Assembly: GCF_036321535.1 (NCBI RefSeq)
Contig: NC_087436.1
Span: 67,334,001 to 67,398,000 of the forward strand
Direction: 5' to 3'
Source of the DNA: Camelus dromedarius
Taxonomy: Eukaryota
DNA: 64,000 nt
Part shown: piece by piece, positions 39,880 through 53,224 of the stretch
Numbering within the stretch: position 1 is the first letter of the stretch
How the letters are laid out: each line of letters opens with the position of its first letter
Notes under the pieces: model-generated
Databases searched by the model: none
What the model was told of the DNA's origin: nothing
What the model saw: the letters and a program-made list of their open reading frames with translations, nothing else
Made by a program: the position numbers and the translations under genes

Positions 39880-41580
39880 TATACTCTACTGTTTCTATTT
39901 TCTTTTCTCAACATCCATTACTCTTCTTTTTATGTTTTTAGTATTTACTACTTTTAATGAGAAGTGTACAGGTATGTGGTCAATTTACATTCCTCATATT
40001 ATTATCTGTTTTCTGTGGACCTACTTATTTTTTCTCATTTTGTCTACCTTTAGATTTTAAAAATAATTTATAACTCATAAAATTGTATTCCCTTCTACTA
40101 ACTTACTATATACATGTGTGTATGTATATATATAATTTTACTTTTATTCTAGAGATTAAAACATTTAACTTTTACCTGTTACACATTCAACACAAATTGT
40201 TATTTTCACTGGTACTGCTAGAAACTCAGAATATTTACTTCCATTTACACCTCTATATTTTATGCTACTATTCTAAAAAGTTTTAAAGCCATAAAAACAC
40301 CACTGTTATTTTGTACCTGAATTTACTTTATCATATTCATTTATATTTACTGTGTTTTTTGTTTTTTCATTGTGCTCCCCTTGAACATGTGACTTTCCAT
40401 GTGGGGTCATTTTCTTCAGTGTGAACAAATCACTTTCAAGTTCATAGTCCAGGTTGTCTGGTAAGAAAATGCTGTCAGGTTTTGTCTGAGCCATTTTATC
40501 TTACTTTTACTTTGAAAAATATTTTTTTGAGTATAGAATTCTAGGTAAGTACTTACTTCTTTTCAGCACTTAAAGAATAGCATCCCATTATATTCAGGTT
40601 TCCATAATTTCTGTCAAGAGAATATTTGCTGTCTTAGTATCATTCCCTTGAAGATAATACACTTTTCTCTAGCTCCTTTTAAAATATTCAATTTGCTTGA
40701 TTTTCAGCAGTCTTATTGTTGTGTGTCTCTAGGTGTAAGTATTCTTAGTATTTATTTTTGCTTGTAGTTTGCCGAGATTCTTGAGGCCTTCAGTCAGTTA
40801 TGGAAACTTTTCAACAATTTTTTTTCATTCCATATCATTTTTATCCCTATTCCTTTGTCCACCTGGCACCAAAATTGCAGTTATGTTAGACTTTGTTACA
40901 GTATTACATCAATATTTAATGTTGTTTTAGATAGTTTCCATTTTTTTCCTTGTGTTTTAGTATGTATTCTATACTTTGCTGGCCTATTTTTCCGTTTACA
41001 AATCCTGAACTCAGTTGTAGCTAATCGTTTATCAAACCCATTTAATAATTATTAATTTTAAATAAATATTTCAAAGTTTTAAAATGTCATTTTAAGACAC
41101 AAATGTCTTAAAAATCTGATGTAATTCATCTTTTATGTTATTTTTCCATCTCATTCACTACTTGTGTATACAAATATCTGTGCCATATTCTTGTCTGTTT
41201 CTATTGTACATTTTTAATCTTGTTTTATAGTTACACAGCTCCATCTTTTGTTATATCTAATAATTGTTTTATTGAATGTCAGAGATACTGGGTATTAAAA
41301 ATATAGATATTCTTGTTAATGGCATCTTCTTCCAGGGAGTAGGGAAATTGGCTGATTGTTTTAATTTACTAAGTTTGTGCTCATAGAAGCTGGATCTGGT
41401 AGAACTTGGTCTAATTTGTGTTAGCGTTGCCCATTCTTTATTTCCAATAGAGAGTCTGATGTATTCAGTGCAGTTCTTTTGCCTTGTGGGTAGGGGCCCT
41501 ACCTTCTTGATTCTTTGCCTCCTAAGACCTTCAAATCTATGCTCTGCTTTTAAAGAGATTTTATCTCAGGTTTATAGATT
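39880..41580 (-). mobile_element. Old LINE-1 5' part (ORF1 region, L1M type)
   Basis: tttgaaaaatattttttt gagtatagaattctaggt..ttcttttcagcacttaaaga..ttttcagcagtcttattgttgtgtgtctctagg is the reverse complement of old ORF1. Confidence 0.7.
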
Positions 41581-41689
41581 GTTATTTTCCTCCATAAGTG
41601 AAAGTAATATAGTGGTAGCTGATTAATTAAATCAGAAACTGTACTCAGTAGAGTTAGGGTTTCAGCTCTTACAAGACTCTCTAGTATAT

Positions 41690-43885
41690 AGCTGCTGGAA
41701 ATGCACAATGGTACAAAATTTCTGGTGTAATGGAAGGAAACTTGACACTACATAACAAAATGACACCAGCTGCAACCTTTTATTCAGCAATGCCATTTCT
41801 CAGAATTTACCCTGAAGATACACTTCGAACAACACAAAAATAAATATCCAGGTGATTAATTGTTGTATGTACATGAGTATTTTTTGTTATTGAAAAATAT
41901 TAGAGGCTACCTACATTTCCCAACATAATAAATTGATCAATTTATTTAGCTTATGTAGATATATGAAATGGACTGCTATGAAGGTGTTAAAGAATGAGAA
42001 AGATGTTTATGAACAGATATGGTTTGATTTCAGGAAGTTTTTTGATGAAAAAATGTAAGGACCAAAATACATATACAGAATTTTACAGCTTATGTAGAAA
42101 AGAAGGAGCATAAGAAAACATACATATTTGTTTATCTTCACAAAAGAAACACAGGAAGAATTTACTTACATACAGTGGGTGGTGGGTAAATGAGTAGAAG
42201 CATGTATTAGAAAAACAGTCTTTTAAGTATATTTTTGTATAGTTTGTGGCTCTTAGAAGCATGTTTATATACTCTAAAAATATAGACTAAGTCAATAATG
42301 ATAGGAAGAAGAAAAAACATAAAATAGATATGAAACTGAAACAAATTAACCAAAATTAATTTCAAACAAGTAACATAAGCACATTGAGAAAGAGAGAGAA
42401 AAAAAAACACTTCAGGAATACAAAATTTGACTATGTCTGATTCCTGGGTGGGACAGTTAAAATGGAGAAAAATGCAAATAAATTCTGAACTCTTTTTTAA
42501 TGGATTTATATTTCATAGTGGTATGATTGAAATGATTCTTAAACAAATTTACTTGTATTGCAGACTGAGAAAATAAGTCAGTGTGATGATACTTTGGGGA
42601 GCCACAGTCCTCATTGTGGAGTATGCAATACACATATACAGAATGCGGGAGACAAGAAAAATCCGTGAGGGCATGTGTTGGAATTGAGAATATCAGTTTG
42701 ATTCCATTACTTCTAAAATACGCTTATATGTATAGTGTGTATGTTTGTGTAAGTGTGTACATACGTACATGCATATGTCTAAATGCATGTATTTGCCACC
42801 TTTGTCTACAAAATGGACTTAGAAATAAAAGACAACTCAATACCAATGAGTATAACTAGTTTCCAGACCTTAGTTTCTATAATATAACCTATCATTCTCC
42901 AGTTAAAGGAAACAGAGCTCATTATCAACAAGGCTGATCTTAGGCCTGGGACAGGATAGATATAGAATGATTCTGGAACATCTCATTATTATAGGAAGTA
43001 AGGAAGTATGCTAAAGCATCATATAGTCACAGGGACACAGGAACTAGCCTGAAGGTGCTCTAAATGGCTCAAGATAGGATACTTTGAATATCAGAATGCT
43101 GAAGGAGGATACTGGAATGAGGACAATGTAAAAGTGGAAACCCATGAATCCAACTAATACTAAACAACAATGAAATAACCAATGGGGAGCAGAGAGAACT
43201 TTTGCTTACAGTAGAATTCCACAGTCTGTAGAGGGAGTTCTGGAGATGGAAAATCATCCACCATCATAGCAAAAATTGGCTCAGGCAAGAATCAATGGCT
43301 TATAAATACAAAGGAGAGTTTGATGAGAGGCAGAATATCTGCATGGCACAAAAATTTATCCCATTATATGTTGCTTATTTTCCACAGGAAAAATAGCACC
43401 AATATAGATGACACCTTGATTTGGTAATGAAAATTAACATCATCAATAATGGGCAGATGGATATTGTGAGTCTTCAGATGTGATACTCTGAGGACAATAA
43501 TATCACATATATAAAATCCCTGCTAGGAATCTATAACCTTAATCTAATCATGAGGAAACATCAGACAAAACCAAAATGAAGAACATTCTATGAAAACAAA
43601 AAATGATGTGGAAGTTTACTTAAAACAAAATCAGTGAAGCAAAATACAATGTGAAACTAGAAATAATCCAAATTGGAGAAGACTAAAGAGAAAGGGCAAT
43701 GAAATGCAACACTTGACCTTAGATTGAATCAAGTATATTGGTTTGAAAAAATACTGTAAACAATGTATTGTGTCAATTGGAATATGGATTACATATTGTA
43801 GAAAAGCATCATATTAATATTAAAATTACTGAAGTTGGTAGGTATATGTAATTATGCTAAGATTATTATTCTATTTTAAAGTTAA
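41690..43885 (+). mobile_element. Old LINE-1 3' end (L1MC3/L1MC4-like); short continuation at ~44820-44880
   Basis: cagcaatgccatttctcagaatttaccctgaagatacac..aagaatgagaaagatg..ggaagtaaggaagt..aatctaatcatgaggaaacatcagacaaaaccaaaatgaagaacattcta. Confidence 0.8.
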
Positions 43886-43894
43886 TACTAGCAT

Positions 43895-44817
43895 CATTTT
43901 AATTGTGATATAATTGACATATAATATTGCTTAAGTTTAAAATGTATACATGTTGTAACATATTGATTTGATAGGTTAATATATTGCAATATGATGATTA
44001 CTGTAGTATGATACTTTCATCAAAGTCCCATAGTTATTATTTATTTTTTGTAGTGAGAATATTTAAGATCTAGTCTCAGAAATTCTGAAATATATACTAC
44101 AATATTATTGGTTATAATTATGATGCTGTGCACTGTATCACCAAACCTTTTTCATCTTCTAACTATATAAGTTTGTACCCTTTCAATAACATATTCACAA
44201 TTTCTACCTGCCTCCCCCGCCCCTAATAGCCACTGTTCTACTCTATTTTTCTGAGTTTGACTTTTATAGATTCCACATATAAGTGGTATCAATACGGTGT
44301 GTCTTTCTCTGTCTGACTTATTTCACTTAGAATAATTCCCTCAAGCTCCATCCATGTTGTCACAAATGGCAGGATTTATTTCCTTTTCATGGCTAAATAA
44401 TATTCCATTGCATATATATCACATCTTTATCCAGTCATACATTGATTGGCACACAATTAGGTTATTTCCATATCTTGGCTACTGTGAATAATGCTGTAAT
44501 AAACATGAGTTGCAGATATCCTGTCTATATCCTGTTTTCATTTACTTTGACTATATACCCAAGTGGGATTGCTGGATCATATGGTAGTTCTATTTTTAAT
44601 TTTTTGGACGACTCTCCATACTGTTTTCCATAGTGGCTGCACCAGTTGACAAACAGTGCATGAAGGTTCACTTTACTCTGCATCTTTGCCAGTACTTGTT
44701 ATTGTTTGTCTTTTTGAAGACAGCCATCCTAACAGATGTGCAATGATATATCTTTTTGGTTTTTATTAAATTACCCCAATGATTAGTGATGTTGACTAGC
44801 ATTTCATGTACCTCTTG
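43895..44817 (-). mobile_element. LINE-1 3' end (L1MA9-like) nested in the older L1
   Basis: gatataattgacatataa..gtagtgagaatatttaagatcta..tagattccacatataagtg..gggattgctggatcatatggtagttctatttttaatttttt. Confidence 0.85.
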
Positions 44818-45787
44818 CTCTTATTCGTAGTAAATACACCTTGAAATATTAAGGAACAAAAGGCTATGATAATCTACAAGCTGAGATTATGCAGTTTACA
44901 TATGTATAGTAAACAGTACTCTCTAAACAACTTAACCAGGCTGAATTATAACATAGACTTCTTAGACACAAACGTTTTCAATTTAAAATTTAGAGATAAA
45001 TTGCTCCATTTAAAAATTATACACCCATAGCCTATTTGAACACTCTTGGAATTACACACAATTTATAATATTGCCTCCTTATAGTAGTGGGGTTTTTTCC
45101 CCTTTAGGAATTTAGTCGGTTCCAAACTTTCCATATAGCAGAGGCATTTATTGATGCTCAGTTATCTTGAAAATAAAAATTTAAGTACTTTTAGCTCTGT
45201 ACAAATTATTCTACCAGTAAATACTCATTTTCTCTTATCTTTTCAGCTTTTTCTCAAACACCATACATGTAGTCAGACTTTATCTATTCACCCACTATCA
45301 GTTTACAGAAATCCTTTATTTATGTCAAGTTGTATTTATTCCCTCAGTTTCCATCCAGTTAAAAAACAAACAAAACAAACAAAAAACCCTTAGTCTTCAT
45401 AATTTAGGATATCATAGTACTGCAGAAATGATGAAAAATTACAACCTATGTTCAAGTGCTAGTAAAGCTATTCCCACAGAAACACTAGTAGGAGGCTGAA
45501 TAATACAAATGTCATAATGTCCATGGGAAGTGGGGACACAAGGAAAGAAAACAATTTCAAGGGCTAGCAGGGAATGCTAAGTGGTTGAGTTTTCTTTTAA
45601 ATGAATCATGTGAATTTTAAAAATTTCCTGTATGTAAGGGCAGATTCCTTAGTTCATGAAACTCCTTTGATAGCTTAATTTACTTCATCTCCTAATTTAA
45701 CTACTCATGGTTATTTACAACTTTCGGGTAACCCCTGTACTATTAGTGAACTGTTGTATGAATAGTTTTAATACGGCCTTTTGAGTG

Positions 45788-45789
<2 letters not shown>

Positions 45790-45854
<65 letters not shown>
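45790..45854. repeat. Perfect (TA)32 microsatellite
   Basis: Read directly. Confidence 0.98.
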
Positions 45855-45856
<2 letters not shown>

Positions 45857-46149
45857 CAAAAACAAAGACTGTGTATTTGCATTACCGGATTCCTTTGTTT
45901 TTTCACATGATACTAAATAGCATAAATCTGTTGTTCAATAAACGGTAGTACTGCAATCAGCATTATGCAACTAGAATGGCAATGTATGGAATTCCTAAGT
46001 ATTAATTCCTAAGTATTAATAATTGATACCTGAAATTTTCTTGAGGAAAAGTTTTCTAAGAAACTTCAGGGAAGGAAGTATACCAGCATTCTCAAAGTTG
46101 AAAAGAATATCAAGCATTGTAAACACACAGGAAAGGAGAGAAATAACAA

Positions 46150-46410
46150 GTAAACATACATAGCATGCCTTGAGCCCGGTATCTGGTTAAACACTTTCTG
46201 TGCATGATTTCATTTCTGCCCCAGAAAAAAAGCTCTTTAATTCCTATTTCGATTCCATATTTAGTTTATGGAATAGTAACAATTAAATTTTATATCTAAA
46301 TTACTTTACGTAATCTTGTTCAAATGCTTCTATAGATGGAGAAACTGAAAACCTGACAAAGCCCATGACTGAGGACATTCAGTGGTTTGCTGGATTTCAC
46401 TACTTCTGGT
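46150..46410 (-). mobile_element. MIR SINE, split
   Basis: ttaaacactttctgtgcatgatttcattt .. tatagatggagaaactgaaacct. Confidence 0.5.
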
Positions 46411-46631
46411 TGATATAATTTTTTTTAACTGTATTGTTTGAAAGACCTTTAAATCAAGAATAATTTAATAACAAGAGAATTCTCCCATATCAGTAACGAA
46501 ACAAAAGTTTTTTAAAGTAGACTCTTCCTAGATGTTTTCATTTATACAAGAGGACAAGCTTGTTTTCTGATTACTCCCAGGATCCCAATGCCTTATCCAT
46601 TCCTGGGGACAAATCAAAGAAGAAAAATGGA

Positions 46632-46648
46632 AGGTCACCTTTGGGTCA
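46632..46648 (+). promoter_or_regulatory. Candidate DR5 nuclear-receptor element (RAR/RXR type)
   Basis: AGGTCA-ccttt-GGGTCA, two consensus RGGTCA half-sites spaced by 5 nt; motif only, function unproven. Confidence 0.35.
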
Positions 46649-47302
46649 CTGCTATTCAGTTTGCTGTGCCAAGCTGGAAACCCAGGCCATTAAATATGAA
46701 AATCCACTCATTGTCTCAGGCCTGATTGTATCCTGTCTTTCAAATCAGACTCACCATAGTCATAGCAACCCTAATGGGCGGATGTGCATTGGACCACATC
46801 ATTTGCACAGTGTCTTTAACTGAGAAAAGTTTTGTTGAAAATATGTGTGATTAATGCCTTCAACTATTATCTCTAATTGAACAGACATGAAAGGGGGTCA
46901 CTTTGTCGGCCCAGATAAGCCTATTGCATGGCTATTAAAGGCATATTCAGCCCTTGCTGAATTAATCTATTATTGCTTCTTGTCTTTGGTAACCATAACA
47001 TGTTGTTGGAAGGCTGTGCAAAATTTGAGTAACTGAAACACAGCTCCAGTAATCCTCTAGACATGGGTATAAGAGAAGAGAGGAAAGCTGTTTAGTGCAT
47101 AATTGAATGTGCTGTGCTGTTTGCATTAGTATTAAGCAGCAGTACTTTATTTTAATGTGTCTATATCAGAGTGATGCATCACCTTAACATCATTGCCTAC
47201 TCAGCAAGGTTCACGGAGTTTCTCTGTCAGTAATATAACTAAAAGAGAAGATCAATAGAGAGACTCAAACTCTGTGTCAGGATGCATACGTACATGTGTG
47301 AA

Positions 47303-47303
47303 T

Positions 47304-47334
<31 letters not shown>

Positions 47335-47349
47335 ACAGAGAGAGAGAGG
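47303..47349. repeat. Compound (TG)n(AG)n microsatellite
   Basis: Read directly. Confidence 0.9.
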
Positions 47350-47839
47350 GAAAGATAGCATTCAAATTGTGCAAAACCAAGAAGTTTTTCATAAATATGC
47401 TGCTGAGAGTGGGTCAACATCTACCTATTTTGTGTAGAATATGACTAATGTGAAGTACAGATTTTGATAAATAAATCCTTATGTATTGACCCGTATTAAT
47501 TGAAAAGAATAGTCTGTCTGGCAAAACGTTGAATCCTGGAGGAACTTGAGCTATGTTCAGATGGGCAAAGAATGATTCTTATGGATACTTAAAATAAAGG
47601 CAGCTGTGTCTAAAACAGGTATAAACAAAAAAAAAGTGATTAATGTCTTCTGTTATTTTGAGTAAGAGCAAATTCTGCTCTGTTATGTGAACAATGGCAT
47701 TTATGATAAGTCCATCTGTTGACCAATAGAAAATAGAGTGAAATTAAATATCACAAGTTTAAGTTGCAGGCAAAATAAGATAATTTTTTAAATAAATTTT
47801 AATGTATAATTTTTCATGTCAAATATGGTCTTTTAAAAT

Positions 47840-48870
47840 CTATTAACATTTAATTGGCTATCCATTGATAATATAATAGAATTAAACCTACACATAACAC
47901 ATTAACACTTATGTGGAAATACATTTCAAAATTACCAAAGGGCCAAGATATAAATAACCAGATATAAATTTTTGGTAATAAATCTAGGAGAATTTAAAAA
48001 ATAATCTTAGAGTGCCGGATGTCCAACATAAGTTTCAAATTTCTGAAATAAAATGTTGTCAGGAGTACATAAAATTTAAAATTTCTGTATAAAAAAAGTT
48101 ACATTACTAAAATTAATTTAAAAATATGAAAGCCTGCATGAAATACTTATAGAAAAATGTGTTTTGGGGTCACAATATATGAAATATTCTAACATTAAAA
48201 AGTCATATTCAATTTAAAAGAATAAAAAGCTGTGAACAGTTATTCTTAAAAATGTTCAATTTTATTATCTAACTTTGCCTTTCTAACAAGCAGAAAAATG
48301 AAAAATAAATCAATGACATATTATTTTGCCCTAACAGAGTAGCAGAATTTTATATCTGTTATCAGCTAGGTTATGCGGATAAGGACATTTTTATATAATC
48401 CTGGTGCCAAATAAATTGACTAAAGCATTGGATGGGGACATTTTTGAGTATTCTATGTAAAATTTAAAATAAATATTTTCACTGAAGCATACATTCAACA
48501 TGAGAAACCTGTTCCATAGAAATACAACTTCTGTTTCTTTTTAAAAGTCACGTGGAGTTATATTAATAGCAGTATTGCTTGTCATTATGACCAAATGGAA
48601 ACAATCAATAGAAAGCTCCATCAATAAAAGTTAAATCACAGAAAAAAAAGTATCCTTTGTAAAATTATGCAGCCATTCAAAAGAACATATATTAAAATGA
48701 AAAGATTTCTAAGACATTGTAAAGTAAAAAAAAAAAAACAAATGTGAACTGTTGCTCAGTTTATGTAAAGACAATCAGAAAGGTAGAAAATCTTTGTACA
48801 TGGGCATACATATACATAGAAAGGGATCTGAAATATTCTAGAACAAATTATAAATAGTTATATATGCTTG
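47840..48870 (+). mobile_element. Ancient LINE-1 ORF2 3' part and 3' UTR (L1M type)
   Basis: aattggctatccat..acataaaatttaaaatttctgtat..aaatggaaacaatc..tatgcagccattcaaaagaac. Confidence 0.6.
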
Positions 48871-49023
48871 TCATTATTTTTAAAACTCACTCTTCCATAT
48901 ACCTGAGTTACCATCAGATCCTGACTTTACAACTCCTTGCTCTGTAAACTTGAGGGAATTTCCTGCTTAAGTTCCCTATGCATCAGTTACTTTATCTTTC
49001 ATTGCTGATATGCATATATATAC

Positions 49024-49027
<4 letters not shown>

Positions 49028-49076
<49 letters not shown>
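49028..49076. repeat. Perfect (TA)24 microsatellite
   Basis: Read directly. Confidence 0.98.
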
Positions 49077-49079
<3 letters not shown>

Positions 49080-49109
49080 CACTGTTCAAGATCAGTATAC
49101 ATAATATAT

Positions 49110-51840
49110 ATATGCAGCAACTCTTCTACATTAACTTATTACTTCAAAAATCTTTTTGTAGATTTTTTAGTATTTTCTGTATACACTATTGTGTTTTCAG
49201 TGAACAAGAAGCTCTTTACTGTTTACTTTCCAAACTGTGAATTTTATTTATTTTCTCTCTCATTGAACTGACAGGCCCTACAGTACAATATTGAAGAGAA
49301 GAGGTAAGAGTGGACATGCATGTCTTCTTGCTGACCTTTGGTAGAAACATTCAGTTTTTACCATTAAGATATTAGCTGTAGATTTTTTATTTTCATGCTT
49401 ATTGTCAGATTAAGCATGTTATTTTTGCTTTCTCGTTTGCTAAAAATTGTAGTCAAAGATGGGTGTTGAATTTTGGCAGGTATTTCTCTGCATTTATTGA
49501 GAAGATAATATGCTATGTGTTATTTTTATTAATATAATAAATAATCATTAATCGATACTTGGAAGTTAAACCAAGCTTAAATTATTGTGATTAGCACTAC
49601 TTGGTCAAGGTTTATTGTCCTTTATATACTACTGTATTTGATTTGCCAATATTCTGATAGAGCTTATGTAGCTATGTTCATAAGTGATATGGTTTCAGAC
49701 TTCTTTCCTTGGAATCTTTTTGTCTCGGTTTGGAATGAAGTCACACTGGACTCATAAAATGAGTTAGAAAGTGTTCTTTTCTTCTCTATTTTCTGAAGAT
49801 TTTGATCTATTTATAATATTTCCTAATTATTCTTCAAATATGCTTACTGCCTCTAGTGATGTCCCTTTCCATTTCTGATATTGGTAATTTTTGCCTTCTC
49901 TCTTTCGTCCGCTTCATTGGGTTAGCTATTTTTCTTCCCATTTTATCGGTCTTTTCAAATGCTCAACCTTGGATTTTATTCATTATCTTTAATGTTTAAC
50001 CATTTTTTTGTTTTAATAACTTCTACCTGTATTTTTTGTTTCCTTTTTTCTACTTATCTTGGGTTTAATTTGATCTTTTTCTAACTTAAGGTAGAAACTT
50101 AGAAAATTTATTTATTCTAACATTAACATACAAAAAATACTCCCTCTAAACAGGTCTTTAACTTCATTTCAGGAATTTTGATATTTTAATGTCATTCTGT
50201 TTAAATCTTTTGTAATATCCTGTGTTATTTCTTCTTGAATACAAAGGCAGTTAGTTCAGAAGCACGTGATTTAACATTTACGTATTATTCCACTGATTTT
50301 TTTCCTGATTTTTGTATATAACTTAATTCTGATATGATTAGAAAACAAGCGCTGTAATTCTTTTAAATTACTGAGAATAATTTTATGCCCAGCATATATT
50401 CTGTTCTAGTAATTCTTCCATATACTATCTCAAAAAATGTGTATGGCTGTAGTGTTTTATAGTTGTTGATTTGTCCAAGTTGGTTGATAATATTTTTCAA
50501 GTCTTCTCTTTCATTACTGATTTTCTGTCTGGTTGCTCTGTCAATTCATACAAAAAGAACATTTAAATATCCAATTATTATTGTGTTTTTGTCTATTTTT
50601 GTTAACATGTATTGTAGAACTTTCTAAGTGCAACTACACGTATTTTTTATATCTTCTTGCCCATCAAATTGTCTTGTCGTGACCTTTCTTTGTATGTAGT
50701 GATACTTCTTTTTTGAAGTTTATTGTGTCTGCTGTTAGGATGGCCACTTTAGCTCTCTTACATTTACTTTTTGCATGGTCTACCTTTTCCATTTTATTTT
50801 ACTTTCAGTCTATCGCATTTTTTGGTTTAACATATTTCTCTTTGGACTACTTATAACTTTACCTTCAGAAAGATTAATTTTGTTTTTTGGAACACAGTGT
50901 TCAATCTGTTCACACTTAAAATAACTATGTATGTGTTTGGATTTATGTCTATCATTTGACTTTTTTCTATTTGTCTCATCTCCCTTTTGTTTCCTATTTC
51001 TACTTTACTGATACCTGTTCTGTTAAATATTTTACCATACTATTTTAATGGCCCTATTGCATTATAACTAAATTTTTGTGCTATTTTTAGTAGTTGTTGT
51101 AGGAACTTTAATATGCATATTTTACTTACCACAATTTACTTTGTTAATATGGACTTTATCCTAGTCATATCCTACCAATAATGGCTCTACCTCCTCCATT
51201 CTTGTCCTATTGCTGTCATGCATATTAAAATCCATATATGTTGCACACTCAACAATACAGTTATATGTGTTCCTTTAGACAGTCATATATCTTCTACAGA
51301 AATTAAAGAAATATATTCAACATATATAACATATATCTAATGGAACATTTTATATTTATAATCTTTATATCTATCCACATGTTTGCTGTTTACATTGCTC
51401 TAAATTGCTCCCTATGGATCTGAGTTACTGTTTGGTGTCATTTTCCTTCAGCCTAAAGGAATTCCTTTTGGTGTTTCTTATATAGCATGGGTCTGTTGGT
51501 TATAGATTCTTTCAGTTTTTGTTTATGTAAACATGTCTTTATTTTGCCTTTAATTTGAGGGATAATTTGCCAAGTATAAAACTGACTCATTTTTATTGTC
51601 AGCATCTGCAGCATGCCATTCCATGTCTTTTGACATCAATATTTTTTGATAAGAAGATAACTATTAATTGTATCGTTGCGTCCCTGTGATGTGTTATTTT
51701 TCTCTTGGTGCTTTCAGTATTTTCTCTTTTTATGTTGCCTTTCAGCAGGGTGGTATAATGTGAATTTCTTTGTACTAATACTCCTTGGGTTCCTGTCTCC
51801 CTACAGTTGGACTTTTTTAGCATTGAGGCATTGCAAAATC
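49110..51840 (-). mobile_element. Old LINE-1 body (RT, endonuclease and ORF1 regions), decayed
   Basis: cagtacaatattgaagagaagaggtaagagtggacatgcatgtcttcttgctgac (RT), ctcataaaatgagttagaaagtgttc, and ORF1-type ttttgcctttaatttgagggataatttgccaagtataaaa. Confidence 0.8.
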
Positions 51841-52230
51841 TGGGCAAAGATTATGCCCCAAACCTAAAGGCATGAAAGGTTCACCTTTGTTGTCTGAGTT
51901 GCATTCAGAGACAGAGCAAATTTGCACCTTTTTTCTGGTTTTACATTTTAACTGGACTCCCTACATCTGCTGTGTGCATGCATATCTTAGCAGTAAGCCA
52001 GGTTGGGGATCAGGTTAATATCACAGTGCTTCATGGCTCTCTCACGTCGAAAATCTCTGCATTAGATTTCTCACTGATCTTCACCTGCCCTGAACAAAGT
52101 CCGTTACTCCTGGAAGAAAAAGCTGTGGGTTTGGGCACCCTTGGTAGGGGAATGAAAGCTCCATCAGGTAAGAGGATCACAAACCCATGGATCTTATACA
52201 ACACAGTAGCAGTTATTTTAAGAGTAGACA

Positions 52231-52829
52231 TAGTGAGTCTTCATTCTTCACTGATTCCATATTTGTAAATTTGCCCACTCACTAGAATTAATTCATAATA
52301 ATACTCGTGGTCTTTGGCGCTTACTCACAGACACATGTGGAGTGAAAACACTGAGTGGCACACATTCCCAGCTGAGATCAGACAAGGTAATGCTCCTCCT
52401 TCCTGTTTAAGTTTTTTTTTTTTTTTTTTTTTTTTGTGTGTGCTTTTTGTTGATGATTTCACTGTTCAAGTGCCCCTCAAGCACAGTGCTGAAGGGCTCT
52501 CTAGTTTTCCTAAGCATGACAGGCTGGGATACACTTTACCAAGAAAGTATAATTTTGGTTAGACAGATTTCATTCAGGCATGAGTTATAGTGCTATTGAG
52601 CATGAGTTCAGTGTTAATGAATCAATAATATACATTGAATAAGGTATCTTTAAACAGAAACCAACATAAAATAAAGTGATATACTTAACTGTTGATAAAA
52701 GTTGTGAAGAGAGGCTAGCAGGACCTTAACCCTGTATTTCCCTTAAGGGCAGTGATTCAGTATCCACCTATTCAGTGTTCACAGCAACTTTCTGGAACAT
52801 AATTAATGATAAATAACAAGACTCAGCTG
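52231..52829 (+). mobile_element. TcMar-Tigger MITE, MER82-like, near full length
   Basis: gattccatatttgtaaatttgcccactcact..ttcccagctgagatc..ttcaggcatgagttatagtgct..taaccctgtatttccc; TA follows at 52830-52831. Confidence 0.85.
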
Positions 52830-53224
52830 TACTTCTCAAGTGATTGACATTTAAATTCACCTTTAATCACTTTCCAGTGTTCCAGTATTGTTATTTATGG
52901 TAACTTGGTTCAGTCATACTCTTTCCTGTTGAGTAGATTTCTTCAAACTTCTCATGTTGCCGTTTCTGGAATTGGAGCCTGCTGCTTATTTTTTTCAGTA
53001 TTAACATATTAGATGTTATATGTTTCATAATTTAATTCTTACATGCTTTATTTACTTACATTGTTAGGTATGAAAATTATATTGAAAAGAATGATTTTTG
53101 AGAGATTTTGTATTCTCACTCATTTGGTAATGTAGCATTCATATACAGATTTTTTTTTCATTTTAGACATTTAAAGAAGTCTAAATTATTTGGAATAATT
53201 GCACAGCAAAATATTAACTTTTTA

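Noticed and set aside
45990..46017. 14-bp perfect tandem duplication (similar 12-bp one at 9609-9633)
   Set aside because: Ordinary slippage-type micro-duplications
48978..49271. ORFs with IYIYIY runs
   Set aside because: Translation of the (TA)n microsatellite and adjoining L1
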